DNA of 64,000 bases from Candidatus Oxydemutatoraceae bacterium (GCA_965218975.1 OZ244717.1:864001-928000), one strand, 5' to 3'. Counted from the stretch's first letter, positions 41,478 through 51,963 are shown. Notes: generated by a model from the sequence alone, not told the origin. Numbers and translations: made by a program.

Positions 41478-42695
41478 ATGGGGATACTTTATCAGACTTT
41501 TCTTTGGTCGTTTTGCATTGCGCTTGCTTTGGGCGCGGTCGCGAATAAAACAAATTTTTGCACGATGGGCGCCGTATCGGACTGGGTCAATATCGGCGAT
41601 ACGGGACGTATGCGTGCGTGGGTGTTGGCAATTGCGGTGGCAATACTTGGCGTTGGGTTATTGCACAGTATGAACAGTGTCGATATGTCGCTTGTAAATA
41701 GCGGCACGACCGGCAAACCCCCGTACACATCGCCGCAATTTATTTGGTTACGTTATGTGGTGGGAGGATTGCTGTTTGGTATCGGCATGACCTTGGGTTC
41801 CGGCTGTGGGAACAAAACATTTATCAGAATCGGCGGAGGTAATCTTAAGTCGATTTTCGTGTTAATGATGATGGGGGCGGGCGCGTATTTAATGATTTAT
41901 ACCGATTTCGGCGAATGGTTGTTTGTACAGTGGATGCGTCCTTTGTCGATTAACTTTACCGGTTACAGTGTTGAGAGTCAGGCGATTCCGGATATTATTG
42001 CCGGTGTTTTCGGTGCCGAAGGTTCGTCTTTTCAGTTGTTGAGTGCGATTGTAGTCGGCGCTCTATTATTTGCATGGGCGTTTCGTTCCGAAGCGTTGCG
42101 CGCAAAGTTTGATAATGTATTTGGCGGTTTCATGGTCGGCATCGCCGTCGTTTCGGTGTGGTATGTCACTGCGGGGCCGTTGGGGCAAACTCTGCTTGAA
42201 GAAGCCGAATTTTTTGATCAGCCGCACTATGATCTTGGTGCGCAGTCCCTTACTTTTGTTAAACCTAGCGCGCATTTTTTCTATCTGATTCGTGAAGGGT
42301 TCGCCTTTAATTTTGTCAGTCTCGCGTTGATTATTAGCGCGGGAATTATTTTGGGTTCTTTACTATATTCATTGTTCGCGCGCGCATTTCGGATTGAATG
42401 GTTTTCATCGATGAACGATTTTGTCAACCATCTTATCGGCGGTTTTTTAATGGGAGTCGGCGGTGTGCTTTCTTTGGGTTGCACTTTCGGACAAGCGATT
42501 ACCGGCGCTTCGACATTGGCGCTGGGATCATTTCTTACTTTTGCCTCTATTGTTTTCGGTGCTGCCGTTACAATGAAGACGCAGTATTATAAAATGGTAT
42601 ACGAAGAGGAAGCCAATTGGTTTGTATCGTTAGCAGCGGCGCTTGCCGATTTGCGCTTTTTACCTCAACGCTGGCGAGTTTTAGACCCAGTTTAA
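41478..42695 (+). CDS. YeeE/YedE-family sulfur-compound transporter
   Basis: NFCTMGAVSD, FGIGMTLGSGC, GGVLSLGCTFGQ; multiple transmembrane segments. Confidence 0.88.
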   Translation: MGILYQTFLWSFCIALALGAVANKTNFCTMGAVSDWVNIGDTGRMRAWVLAIAVAILGVGLLHSMNSVDMSLVNSGTTGKPPYTSPQFIWLRYVVGGLLFGIGMTLGSGCGNKTFIRIGGGNLKSIFVLMMMGAGAYLMIYTDFGEWLFVQWMRPLSINFTGYSVESQAIPDIIAGVFGAEGSSFQLLSAIVVGALLFAWAFRSEALRAKFDNVFGGFMVGIAVVSVWYVTAGPLGQTLLEEAEFFDQPHYDLGAQSLTFVKPSAHFFYLIREGFAFNFVSLALIISAGIILGSLLYSLFARAFRIEWFSSMNDFVNHLIGGFLMGVGGVLSLGCTFGQAITGASTLALGSFLTFASIVFGAAVTMKTQYYKMVYEEEANWFVSLAAALADLRFLPQRWRVLDPV

Positions 42696-42737
42696 AAAAA
42701 ATCCCTTGATTTCCCGCCGCAACTGCTTTCCGACGAA

Positions 42738-42813
42738 TGGTGGGTCGTATAGGATTCGAACCTATGACCATCGGATTAAAAGTCCGGTGCTCTACCAACT
42801 GAGCTAACGACCC
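42738..42813 (-). tRNA. tRNA-Lys(UUU)
   Basis: GGGTCGTTAGCTCAGTTGGTAGAGCACCGGACTTTTAATCCGATGGTCATAGGTTCGAATCCTATACGACCCACCA; 76 nt with encoded CCA. Confidence 0.97.
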
Positions 42814-42922
42814 ATACGGATATTCAAGCGGGGAACATTTTATCATTAACTTATTCTTTGATTCCATATTGCGGCTGTGTATAATGCTTATTTTTTTCAG
42901 CGACGACATAGTAAATCAATCA

Positions 42923-43351
42923 ATGAAAACTTATAGCGCAAAACCGGGTGAGGTTGAACAGAAGTGGTACTTGGTTGATGCCACCGCCAAGCCATTAGGT
43001 CGTCTTGCCAGCAATATTGCCAAGCGTCTGCGCGGAAAACACAAGCCGCAATACACACCACACACCGATACGGGTGACTATATCATTGTGATTAACGCCG
43101 AAAAAGTGATGGTGACCGGGAATAAGCGTGCCGATAAGATGTATTACCGGCATAGTGGCTACATCGGCAATTTAAAGAAGATGTCTTTTTCTGAAATGCT
43201 TGAAAAGCATCCCGAGCGTACAATTGAGATTGCGGTTAAAGGCATGTTACCGCGTAATTCTTTAGGGCGAAAGATGTTACGTAAGTTGCGTGTTTATGCA
43301 GGCACCACCAATCGACATCAGGCGCAGCAACCTGAGCCGCTGGAAATTTAA
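42923..43351 (+). CDS. rplM: 50S ribosomal protein L13
   Basis: [30 protein letters not shown]. Confidence 0.97.
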   Translation: MKTYSAKPGEVEQKWYLVDATAKPLGRLASNIAKRLRGKHKPQYTPHTDTGDYIIVINAEKVMVTGNKRADKMYYRHSGYIGNLKKMSFSEMLEKHPERTIEIAVKGMLPRNSLGRKMLRKLRVYAGTTNRHQAQQPEPLEI

Positions 43352-43353
43352 CT

Positions 43354-43749
43354 ATGGCGATTTTAGCGATATATGGCACCGTCGGGCGTAGAAAACGGTC
43401 AATCGCGCGAGTTTTTCTACGTCCCGGTGGCGGTGGCATCCGCATCAATCGCCGCGAGATAAAAAATTACTTTCACCGCGATAGCCTTTGCATGATTGCC
43501 GTAGAACCGCTTGAGCACGTAGGAATGCGAAATCAATTTGACTGCGATATCCGTGTGCGAGGCGGTGGTATCAGCGGCCAAGCGGGCGCTGTCAAGCTCG
43601 GTATTGCAAGAGCGTTGCTACGATATGACGAAGCATTGCGTCGGCGTTTGCGCGAACGCGGATTTTTAACTCGTGATTCGCGTGTTGTTGAGCGCAAAAA
43701 AGTCGGTCTGCGTAAAGCGCGCAAAGACAAACAATTTTCCAAGCGGTAA
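43354..43749 (+). CDS. rpsI: 30S ribosomal protein S9
   Basis: [37 protein letters not shown]. Confidence 0.97.
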   Translation: MAILAIYGTVGRRKRSIARVFLRPGGGGIRINRREIKNYFHRDSLCMIAVEPLEHVGMRNQFDCDIRVRGGGISGQAGAVKLGIARALLRYDEALRRRLRERGFLTRDSRVVERKKVGLRKARKDKQFSKR

Positions 43750-43761
43750 TCGTACTTACTT

Positions 43762-45300
43762 TTAAGCCGCTGTGGCTGTGCCAATTTGAATCGGTTCGGG
43801 CGTCGGGTGGCGCTCTTCCAGCGAGACCGATAGCCCTGCTCCGGTAACAACGCGTGCGTGATAACGTTTCAGAAGACGCGGTTCTTTGACCCCGCACGAG
43901 TGTGCGATCACCGCGACTTCCTTGTGCATATTTTTTACAAAATTAGCCACGCGCACCGATTTTTTCTGCGGGACTAATCCCGCTTGCAATCGTGGGTTGT
44001 GTGTTGTTACACCGGTTGGGCAAGTATTTTTATTACACTGTAGCGCTTGAATGCAACCGATTGCAAACATAAATCCGCGTGCCGAAGTGATGAAATCCGC
44101 CCCCAAACATAATGCCCAAGCAACTTCCGCCGGATTAATCAATTTCCCCGACGCAACGACTTTGACTCGGTCACGCAATCTATATTTGATAAGACTGTCG
44201 ACAACCAGCGGCAGGCTTTCGCGCAAAGGCAATCCCATATTGTCAATCAATGCCATCGGTGCTGCGCCGGTACCGCCGTCGGCACTGTCTATCGTGATAA
44301 AGTCGGGAGCATATTCAATTCCCCGTTCATGGATTAATTTCATCAAGGTGTCAACCCAGCCATAAGCGCCGAGCGCCATTTTGAAACCCGTCGGTTTTCC
44401 GGTTACATCACGGATGTGGTTGATCATGTCAAGTAAGTCGTCATTATTTTTGATTTCCAGGTGGCGGTTAGGGCTGAGCGCGTTTTGACCGGCGGCAATT
44501 CCACGAATTTCAGCAATCTCTTCGGTTACTTTTTCCGCCGGCAGTATTCCGCCTTTCCCGGGCTTCGCGCCTTGACTCAGTTTGAGCTCAAACATCTTAA
44601 CTTGTCGATGCGCTGAGATTTTAGCAAGTTTTGAATCGTCTAGCTTCCCATCCAAAGTGCGAACGCCATTTTTTGCCGTGCCGATTTGGAAAACAAGATC
44701 AACATCTCCTTCCAAATGGTACGGCGACAAACCGCCTTCGCCGGTGTTCATCCAGCATCCCGCCATCTTGGCGCCTTGAGATAAAGCGAGTACCGCAGGT
44801 TTTGAAATAGCTCCATAACTCATTCCCGATACATTGATCAAGGACTTGGCGTTATACGGGTGTTTGCAATAGTGACCGATAGTTATGGGCTGTATGTTGG
44901 TTGTGTTTTCTTCCAATTCGGGAAACGGGCAGTTGACAAAAAATACACTGCCGACATGACGTAGGTCCTTTGTCGAACCGAAAGCGGAGGTAGTGTTTAA
45001 ATCTTTGGCGGCACGATAAACCCACGATCTCTGAGCCCGATTAAAGGGCAGTTCTTCACGGTCCATTGAAAAGAAGTACTGCCGGAAAAACTCTCCGATA
45101 TATTCAAACAGATAACGAAAACGACCGATCACCGGATAATTGCGGCGTACCGCATGCTCACTTTGTGTTCTATCTATAATGTACAGCACCGCAAGCGCGA
45201 TGCTAATGACAAATAAACCGACTAATAAACCGACTTGTAAAAAGAACGAAACTTCTTCAAGTATGCTCTTTAATATTTTTACAAATTCTTCTTGAAACAT
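43762..45300 (-). CDS. FMN-binding glutamate-synthase-family protein (YerD-like, N-terminal transmembrane segment)
   Basis: SGMSYGA, NTGEGG, ELKLSQGAKPGKGG, GCIQALQCNKNTCPTG. Confidence 0.9.
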   Translation of the reverse strand: MFQEEFVKILKSILEEVSFFLQVGLLVGLFVISIALAVLYIIDRTQSEHAVRRNYPVIGRFRYLFEYIGEFFRQYFFSMDREELPFNRAQRSWVYRAAKDLNTTSAFGSTKDLRHVGSVFFVNCPFPELEENTTNIQPITIGHYCKHPYNAKSLINVSGMSYGAISKPAVLALSQGAKMAGCWMNTGEGGLSPYHLEGDVDLVFQIGTAKNGVRTLDGKLDDSKLAKISAHRQVKMFELKLSQGAKPGKGGILPAEKVTEEIAEIRGIAAGQNALSPNRHLEIKNNDDLLDMINHIRDVTGKPTGFKMALGAYGWVDTLMKLIHERGIEYAPDFITIDSADGGTGAAPMALIDNMGLPLRESLPLVVDSLIKYRLRDRVKVVASGKLINPAEVAWALCLGADFITSARGFMFAIGCIQALQCNKNTCPTGVTTHNPRLQAGLVPQKKSVRVANFVKNMHKEVAVIAHSCGVKEPRLLKRYHARVVTGAGLSVSLEERHPTPEPIQIGTATAA

Positions 45301-45303
45301 CGT

Positions 45304-45999
45304 TTAAGTACCTCCGATTGTCAGAGGGAGTAAGGTCTTTACCCCCGTGCTGCTGCCAAGTAATAACATATCCGCACCGCGTAAGGCAAATAAACCGACG
45401 CTCACAACTCCGGGGAGCTGATTGATTTTCTGTTCTAATGCAATTGGATCGTTCATGTCGAGTCTGCGGACATCTAAAATTGCGTTACCATTATCAGTGA
45501 TAAAAATCTTTCCACCGGTTTGGGACACCCGCAATTCCGGAACGCCGCCTAGTGCCGCCAGTTTCCTTGCCACTAAACTTCTCGCCATTGGGGTCACCTC
45601 TATCGGCAGTGGAAAATTTCCCAGTTGTTTGACCAATTTTGATTCATCGGCAATGCAGATAAACTTGTTGCTTGCTTGTGCGATAATTTTTTCTCGCGTT
45701 AAAGCGCCGCCACCGCCTTTAATCAGGCGCAAGCGATGGTCTGCTTCGTCAGCGCCGTCAACATAGATCGGTAGATTGCCGGTATCATTTAAGTCATGGA
45801 CCGGTATCCGATATCGGCACAATTGCTTTTTCGTTGCTTCGGAGCTTGCTACCGCGCCATCAATCCGCTGTTTAATTTTTGCTAACTCATCAATAAAATA
45901 CGTAACGGTCGAGCCGGTGCCGATGCCGACGATATCTCCCGGGCTGATATATTCGATCGCTGCCTGCGCCGCCCAGCGTTTTTTTTCCGCTACCGACAT
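45304..45999 (-). CDS. rpiA: Ribose-5-phosphate isomerase A
   Basis: [24 protein letters not shown]. Confidence 0.97.
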   Translation of the reverse strand: MSVAEKKRWAAQAAIEYISPGDIVGIGTGSTVTYFIDELAKIKQRIDGAVASSEATKKQLCRYRIPVHDLNDTGNLPIYVDGADEADHRLRLIKGGGGALTREKIIAQASNKFICIADESKLVKQLGNFPLPIEVTPMARSLVARKLAALGGVPELRVSQTGGKIFITDNGNAILDVRRLDMNDPIALEQKINQLPGVVSVGLFALRGADMLLLGSSTGVKTLLPLTIGGT

Positions 46000-46043
46000 T
46001 ATTATTCAGATACAATTTGCAACATTAGTTTCAGCACAGAACG

Positions 46044-47558
46044 ATGAATCAAGATTATTTGATAAGAATCAATACCGCTAAAGTATATGATATCGCACAA
46101 GTTTCGCCGTTGGATAAAGCGCCCATCTTATCTAACCGGCTGCATAACAAGGTTTTATTGAAACGTGAGGACTTGCAGCCGATTTTTTCGTTTAAGCTGC
46201 GCGGTGCATACAACAAAATAGTCGGTTTGCTTGCAGCGGAGCGCGCTGCCGGTGTGATTGCCGCATCGGCTGGGAACCATGCTCAAGGTGTCGCGCTTGC
46301 CGGACAGAAGCTTGGTATTCGCACTATAATTGTAATGCCGCGGACAACGCCGCAAATTAAAATTGCTGCGGTGCGTCAACGAGGCGCCGAGATCATACTG
46401 CAAGGAGATACTTACGATCAGGCATGTCAATATGCGCTCGGTATCGCCGCAGAAAAAAAGCACGTCTTCATTCATCCCTATGACGATGTTGATGTTATTG
46501 CGGGACAAGGGACGATCGGTAAGGAGCTACATGAACAATGCACCGAGGCCATTGATGCTGTCTTTATTCCGGTTGGCGGCGGCGGTTTGATTGCGGGTAT
46601 TGCCGCATACTTAAAAGCAAAGCGCCCCGAAACGAAAATCATCGGGGTCGAACCGGAAGATGCTCCGACTTTGCATGCGGCGATGCAAGCGGGGGAGCGG
46701 ATAGTGCTCAAGCAGGTCGGGTTGTTTGCCGACGGAGTGGCGGTTCGTCAGATCGGCAAAGAAACTTTCCGTGTTGCACAGCGGTACGTTGATGAAGTAG
46801 TGCTGGTTACCACTGATCAAATTTGCGCGGCGATTAAGGATAACTTTGATGAGACTCGGGTGATGGCGGAACCTGCGGGCGCTTTGGCGATTGCCGGAAT
46901 GAAAAAATATGTTGCCGAATATCAGCTAAGAGATTGTCATCTGATTGCGTTGGTTAGCGGCGCCAATATCAACTTTGATCGTCTCGGGCATATTGTTGAG
47001 CGATATGAAATTGGTGAAAATACCGAATCCTTGTTTGCGGTAACAATCCCGGAGCGGCCAGGTAGTTTTCTTGACTTTTGCCGTTTGCTTGAGCATCGGA
47101 CGATTACCGAATTTAATTATCGCTATGCCGATAAAGTTGATGCGCATATATTTGTCGGGTTGAAATTTGCCGATGCGGCACGGGAAAAGAACGTTTTAAT
47201 TCAACTGCTGCGAAGCAATGGCTACTCAGTGTTGGACATTTCCGAGAATGAAATGGCAAAGGTGCATCTGAGACATATGGTCGGGGGGCAGTCAAAGGGG
47301 GCGGACAACGAGCGGTTGTTTCGGTTTCAGTTTCCGGAACGGCCGGGCGCGTTGTTGGAATTTCTTGAAAAGATGCAACGTAATTGGAATATTAGCCTAT
47401 TCCATTATCGTAACCATGGCGCCGCTTACGGACGCGTGTTGGTGGGAATGCAAGTTCCCGATGAAGCGCTTTCAGAGTTGCATGCTTTTATCAAACAAGT
47501 GGGATATCGTTACCACGATGAAAGTGATAATCCGGTGTACCCTTTATTTCTAAAGTAA
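46044..47558 (+). CDS. ilvA: Biosynthetic threonine ammonia-lyase
   Basis: KREDLQPIFSFKLRGA, SAGNHAQG, PVGGGGL, FPERPGAL, FHYRNHG. Confidence 0.97.
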   Translation: MNQDYLIRINTAKVYDIAQVSPLDKAPILSNRLHNKVLLKREDLQPIFSFKLRGAYNKIVGLLAAERAAGVIAASAGNHAQGVALAGQKLGIRTIIVMPRTTPQIKIAAVRQRGAEIILQGDTYDQACQYALGIAAEKKHVFIHPYDDVDVIAGQGTIGKELHEQCTEAIDAVFIPVGGGGLIAGIAAYLKAKRPETKIIGVEPEDAPTLHAAMQAGERIVLKQVGLFADGVAVRQIGKETFRVAQRYVDEVVLVTTDQICAAIKDNFDETRVMAEPAGALAIAGMKKYVAEYQLRDCHLIALVSGANINFDRLGHIVERYEIGENTESLFAVTIPERPGSFLDFCRLLEHRTITEFNYRYADKVDAHIFVGLKFADAAREKNVLIQLLRSNGYSVLDISENEMAKVHLRHMVGGQSKGADNERLFRFQFPERPGALLEFLEKMQRNWNISLFHYRNHGAAYGRVLVGMQVPDEALSELHAFIKQVGYRYHDESDNPVYPLFLK

Positions 47559-47591
47559 GCTCTTTTGCTTAATCTGATGCTTGGATTTTAT

Positions 47592-47873
47592 TTATCGCTC
47601 CCGTACCACGACCACAGCTCTTTTCAGCAGAAACCGCGCAAACAGCACAGCAAGCAAAATAAACACCCCGATTGAAAGGCTCAAAGAGTAAAAATTGAAA
47701 ATCAAACTGATCATGCCGATTACGGCAAGACAGACCGCAGTGCCGAGCACCTCTTGAAGCAGGCCTTTTTTCAAGCGCGATAAGTAATTATTCACAAATA
47801 AAAATGCTGCCCACGATAGCACTGCGAACCCTATCGCCACTAGAAAAAAAATCATGTGCTCAACAATAACCAT
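47592..47873 (-). CDS. Small hypothetical membrane protein (about 3 transmembrane segments)
   Basis: Hydrophobic 93-aa ORF with a plausible ribosome-binding site and an upstream promoter-like sequence. Confidence 0.5.
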   Translation of the reverse strand: MVIVEHMIFFLVAIGFAVLSWAAFLFVNNYLSRLKKGLLQEVLGTAVCLAVIGMISLIFNFYSLSLSIGVFILLAVLFARFLLKRAVVVVRER

Positions 47874-47942
47874 TTCTTTCTCGCGTTAGTTTTTGAATTT
47901 TTACCGGTTCGATTGATATCAAGTTTTCTCTATAGACGATAA

Positions 47943-47972
47943 ACTTTAGCACAATTAAAGGCTTTTGTTCAA
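47943..47972 (-). promoter_or_regulatory. Putative sigma70 promoter
   Basis: TTGAAC-N18-TAAAGT with a TGn extended -10. Confidence 0.45.
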
Positions 47973-48086
47973 TATTTTGTACGATGCCACCCTAAATGGG
48001 ATTTTTGAAGGGCTTCAGGGGAAGCGTTCGGCAGTAACATTCGGATCGGTGCTTTCTGTCCGTTGCCAGCATGAGGACGGTGCAGG

Positions 48087-48971
48087 GTGAGACGCGCCCG
48101 GAAAACCGATCGGTTTTCAGTGGCGAACGATCCGACAAGGACGTCGGGGCTGGCGTTTATTGACAGAACCAAGTTTCGTCATGGACGAGCAGGGTGAGAC
48201 GCGCCCGGAAAACCGACTGGTTTTCAGCGGCGAACGACCCGACAAGGACGTCGGGGCTGGCGCTCATTGACAGAACCAAGTCTCGTCATGGACGAGCAAG
48301 GTGAGACGCGCCCGGAAAACCGACTGGTTTTCAGTGGCGAACGACCCGACAAGGGCGTCGGGGCTGGCGTTTATTGACAGAACCAAGTCTCGTCATGGAC
48401 GACAGGCACTTTGCCGAAAATCCAGCAACAAACACAAAATGGTTTCATAACCGGTCATTGAATGCTTCCGTATCGGCGAATAGCAGGTCTTCTGCATGAT
48501 CAATACAATCTTCTTGGACGATGCGGTTGAAGCGCTCGATGTGCGCGTTCATTTTTGGACACTTGGGATAGGTCAGCCACTGCTCAATCACGGGTGATTC
48601 CCGGATGAGCTGGGCAAACTGTCCTTGAAACTCACTCCCGCCGTCCGTCAGGGTGAGACGCACCCGGAAAACCGATCGGTTTTCAGCGGCGAACGACTCG
48701 ACAAGGACGTTGGGGCTGGCGCTCATTGACAGAACCAAGTCTCGTCATGGACGACAGGGTGAGACGCGCCCGGAAAACCGATCGGTTTTCAGCGGCGAAC
48801 GACCCGACAAGGACGTCGGGGCTGGCGCTCATTGACAGAACCAAGTCTCGTTATGGACGAGCAGGGTGAGACGCGCCCGGAAAACCGATCGGTTTTCAGT
48901 GGCGAACGACCCGACAAGGGCGTCGGGGCTGGCGTTTATTGACAGAACCAAGTCTCGTCATGGACGACAGG
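48087..48971 (-). repeat. Two blocks of three 106-107-bp palindromic units (same family as 15964-16265), within a tandem duplication of about 566 bp
   Basis: The (G/A)GGTGAGACG unit marker occurs at 48085, 48192, 48299, 48651, 48757 and 48864. Confidence 0.93.
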
Positions 48972-49000
48972 CACTTTGCTGAAAATCCAGCAACAAACAC

Positions 49001-49077
49001 AAAACGGTTTCATAACCGGTCATTGAATGCTTCCGTATCGGCGAATAGCAGGTTTTCTGCATGAATCAATACAATCT
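49001..49077 (+). repeat. 77-bp target-site duplication, left copy (right copy 50990-51066)
   Basis: AAAACGGTTTCATAACC...CAATACAATCT is identical on both sides of the IS. Confidence 0.95.
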
Positions 49078-50989
49078 CTTGACTTCGTAGGTTTTGTCTC
49101 GTAAGTGATTGATATTATTGCCTTCAGGATTCTCAAGGGCACTACATTACGGTGTTGTTTGTAGCCCTCCGCGCTCAGCTTCCCCCAGGGCGTGACTTGT
49201 CGGGAAGCGGGAACGGAGCTTCGTTCCATTTCAGGCCGACACTACGGTAGATCCTATTGGCATCCGCACTCGCGCGGCTCGGCATCGCATACCGCTTCTG
49301 TGTGTCGGTACGTACCAAGATGCTCAACTGCAAGGTGTCGAGCTCGCGCCGGATCCGCTCCGCGCTCATCGGGAAGCCCAGCGCTTTGAGCCGCCGGCGC
49401 AGCTGCTGCAAGCAGCAGAAGGCCATATAGCAGATCGCAATGTGCGCCTGGATACGCCGCGGCTTCCAGTGAAAGATCGGGCGGATGCAAAGGTCATGCT
49501 TGTTAGTGCGAAAGCAATGTTCTACTTCCCACAACCGACGGTACTGCGACAGCAATTCCTTTGGCGCCATCTCCTCGTTGCCGTGTGCGATGATTGCGCG
49601 CAGGCCGTCCCAACGCGCCGCATCGGCCACCTTGGCCGCATCAATCTTAACCCGGCCCTTTGCGGGGAAGCTTAAGTAACAGGCATAGCCGCGCGCCACG
49701 AAACCTGCCGGGCGCTCGCTGCGTTGATACTTCCGGCGCAACTGTGACAATATGCGTTCCCGAACTTCTTGATCCTTGCGCGCGCGCCGGCGTGAATAGG
49801 TGACTATGATCCGCCGGCCTTCGTGGCGAATCATCCGGTAACGCAGGTCCTGCGTTTTGAGCCAGCCTTGATCGTCTGCTGCACTGAGGGCCTGCAGCTT
49901 GATCTTGGCCGGGGCCGACTTGAGACGATAGCCGAGCACATAGGCCAAGCCCTGCTCCTGCAGGAATGTCTGGTTCTCACGGCTCAGCATCGCCGCATCG
50001 GCCACTACTGTAAATACAGCACCCGGATGTCTCTGTTGCAGACTTGTCACTGCCTGCATCAAGGTTTTGCCCTCAAAGGTGTTGCCCGGCAACAGTGCGT
50101 AGTCCACCGGCAGACCGTCGCAGGTCGTCATCAGTGCCAGTAACACCTGGCAGCGGTGCGGCTTGCCGTCCTTACTATAACCTTTCGCGCGCAACGGGTC
50201 CTCTTGCTCGCTCTCGAAGTACAGGGTCGTGCAATCAAAGAAGAACACCTTGAGGGGCTGATCATACAACTTCTGTGCCGCCTGATGAGACTGTTCCCGG
50301 ATGCGTGCGATCACCGCCTCCTCAAGGTGATCCATAGTCTGGTAAACCCGGTCGAGATTGAGCGAAACGCCGCTTCGTTCGAGCTCGCACACCGTAGCGC
50401 GCTTGCTCTGCGGCTGTGCGATACGCGCCAGTACCAGCTCGCGCAGGATGCGGTTCGCTACTGTGCGCCGCGCCCCCAACACCTGGTTCCAACCCAAGTG
50501 CGAATAAATCTGCGTGAACGCCTCGCGCACCCCAAGTATCAGCCGCATCTCCTCACGGCATTCGGCAAGATCTACCCCGAAGCGCGCCAAACGCGGTGCG
50601 TGCCGTGCCTCAGCTGCGAGATCCGCGTACTGCTTCGGTGTGAACAGCGACTGTTGTGCTGTACCGGCTTGGCGCAGCTCTTCCAAGGTGACCTCGCCGA
50701 GCTTGCGCAAAGATGCAAGCTGCTCGGGACTGTCGGCAGCGCCGATATGCCGAACCACACGCTGACGCGGACCATCGGCAGTGCGCACGGAGCGCACGAT
50801 CTGCAAGCGAGTGCGGCCACGTTCGGGATCATATTTTTCACGCAAGTACATAGACCCGAATGATAACCCAAAATCCAAGTGAAAACAAGCCTGGGGGCAC
50901 TACAATAGGGTTTTTCGGCAGCGTCCGGGTAACCCTATGATAATAAAAGATTTATTTTTTGCCCAAAGGTCAAAACCTACGAAGTCAAG
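49078..50989 (-). mobile_element. IS1634-family insertion sequence, copy 2 (1912 bp)
   Basis: Same terminal inverted repeats as copy 1; flanking 77-bp direct repeat. Confidence 0.93.
49175..50851 (-). CDS. IS1634-family DDE transposase
   Basis: Near-identical to 4310-5986 (few amino-acid changes). Confidence 0.92.
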   Translation of the reverse strand: MYLREKYDPERGRTRLQIVRSVRTADGPRQRVVRHIGAADSPEQLASLRKLGEVTLEELRQAGTAQQSLFTPKQYADLAAEARHAPRLARFGVDLAECREEMRLILGVREAFTQIYSHLGWNQVLGARRTVANRILRELVLARIAQPQSKRATVCELERSGVSLNLDRVYQTMDHLEEAVIARIREQSHQAAQKLYDQPLKVFFFDCTTLYFESEQEDPLRAKGYSKDGKPHRCQVLLALMTTCDGLPVDYALLPGNTFEGKTLMQAVTSLQQRHPGAVFTVVADAAMLSRENQTFLQEQGLAYVLGYRLKSAPAKIKLQALSAADDQGWLKTQDLRYRMIRHEGRRIIVTYSRRRARKDQEVRERILSQLRRKYQRSERPAGFVARGYACYLSFPAKGRVKIDAAKVADAARWDGLRAIIAHGNEEMAPKELLSQYRRLWEVEHCFRTNKHDLCIRPIFHWKPRRIQAHIAICYMAFCCLQQLRRRLKALGFPMSAERIRRELDTLQLSILVRTDTQKRYAMPSRASADANRIYRSVGLKWNEAPFPLPDKSRPGGS

Positions 50990-51179
50990 AAAACGGTTTC
51001 ATAACCGGTCATTGAATGCTTCCGTATCGGCGAATAGCAGGTTTTCTGCATGAATCAATACAATCTTCTTGGACGGTGCGGTTGAAGCGCTCGATGTGCG
51101 CGTTCATTTTTGGACACTTGGGATAGGTCAGCCACTGCTCAATCACGGGTGATTCCCGGATGAGCTGGGCAAACTGTCC

Positions 51180-51245
51180 TTTCTCGGTAGCATCTTCCGG
51201 TGCATCGGCTTTAATGAATGCTTTGTAGATTGCGGTAGTGCTGAT
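51180..51245 (-). pseudogene. 5' remnant of a paralog of the small coiled-coil gene at 6725-6970
   Basis: ISTTAIYKAFIKADAPEDATEK vs MSTTAPYKALVGAGSSKELAER; 24/29 nt identical at the start, with ATG replaced by ATC. Confidence 0.5.
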
Positions 51246-51325
51246 CTTGTCGGGATAATTGATTCCGTTGATAAACTTTGTCTGTATATGAGATTTTGCA
51301 GTCGCTTGCTTTCCTTCAATCGGTT

Positions 51326-51634
51326 TTATTTTAGTGCCTCGCAGGTTTCTTTATAGCCGACTTCCTTACCGTGTCGGTAGGCTTTCCCCCACGGCATCCA
51401 GCGGTGTTGCCGGACGCCGTCGAGAGTGTCGTTTGCTGTCAGTCGCGAAATTGTCGCTGCAATCTGTTCGGTGTAACCCAGTTGATGCATTGCCTGAATC
51501 ATCCCGTTCGCATAACCGCGATCGTACCATGGTTGGAAATTTTGCGGTTCATCAATAAAGCCTTCGGTATCGGCATAGATTCTGTCAATCAATACAAGCA
51601 ATTGTTCCGCTTGCGCTCGTTTGAGAGTATTCAT
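51326..51634 (-). CDS. Hypothetical protein
   Basis: WYDRGYANGM...PWGKAYRHG.EVG.KET; start overlaps the upstream gene's stop. Confidence 0.7.
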   Translation of the reverse strand: MNTLKRAQAEQLLVLIDRIYADTEGFIDEPQNFQPWYDRGYANGMIQAMHQLGYTEQIAATISRLTANDTLDGVRQHRWMPWGKAYRHGKEVGYKETCEALK

Positions 51635-51963
51635 TATGCCGGACCCAGTGTCGTGAAAAAAGTTAACCACCTAAAAATGATTATTGCCACAACAATCGCA
51701 TTAATGATTATGATGTTGCGATAGCGATGTTTTTCTTCAATTTTATCCGCGCCGGAAGAAAATATGGCCGACATCATCATGTCAAGTAATATCGCCATTA
51801 CAACCAATGGTATTAGCGCAGGCGCAATCAGTGTCGGTATAATTAATGGCCACTCTGTGACAGTACGCGTTTGCGGTTCCGGCGCCAGCAGTGCAAGCAT
51901 CATGCCAAGTAAAAGTAATGCACTGCGCAGAATGCCAAAGCGAGTTATATGTGCTAAAAACAT
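51634..51963 (-). CDS. Hypothetical membrane protein
   Basis: Three hydrophobic segments; divergent from rpe. Confidence 0.7.
   Translation of the reverse strand: MFLAHITRFGILRSALLLLGMMLALLAPEPQTRTVTEWPLIIPTLIAPALIPLVVMAILLDMMMSAIFSSGADKIEEKHRYRNIIIINAIVVAIIIFRWLTFFTTLGPA

Larger units (their letters stand above)
47978..51180 (-). mobile_element. Decayed IS481-like element: transposase core fragments (duplicated) and right end, interrupted by palindromic arrays and by IS1634 copy 2
   Basis: LTDGGSEFQGQF...YPKCPKMNAHIERFNRIVQED...FNDRL (48446-48651; again at 49011-49077/50990-51180) and LHRPHAGNGQKAP...SHLGWHRT; end sequence TGTACGATGCCACCCTAAATGGGA. Confidence 0.78.

Noticed and set aside
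42738-42813. tRNA-Lys as an integration site
   Set aside because: No integrase or duplicated tRNA 3' end is seen nearby.
43762-45300. N-methylglutamate synthase subunit MgsC
   Set aside because: It has the N-terminal transmembrane segment of YerD-like proteins, and no mgsAB/gmaS genes are adjacent.
48087-48971. CRISPR array
   Set aside because: The units are whole 106-107-bp repeats without unique spacers, and no cas genes are in the window.
4172-50989. Composite transposon bounded by the two IS1634 copies
   Set aside because: Each copy has its own matching target duplication, showing independent insertions, and the interior is core genome.
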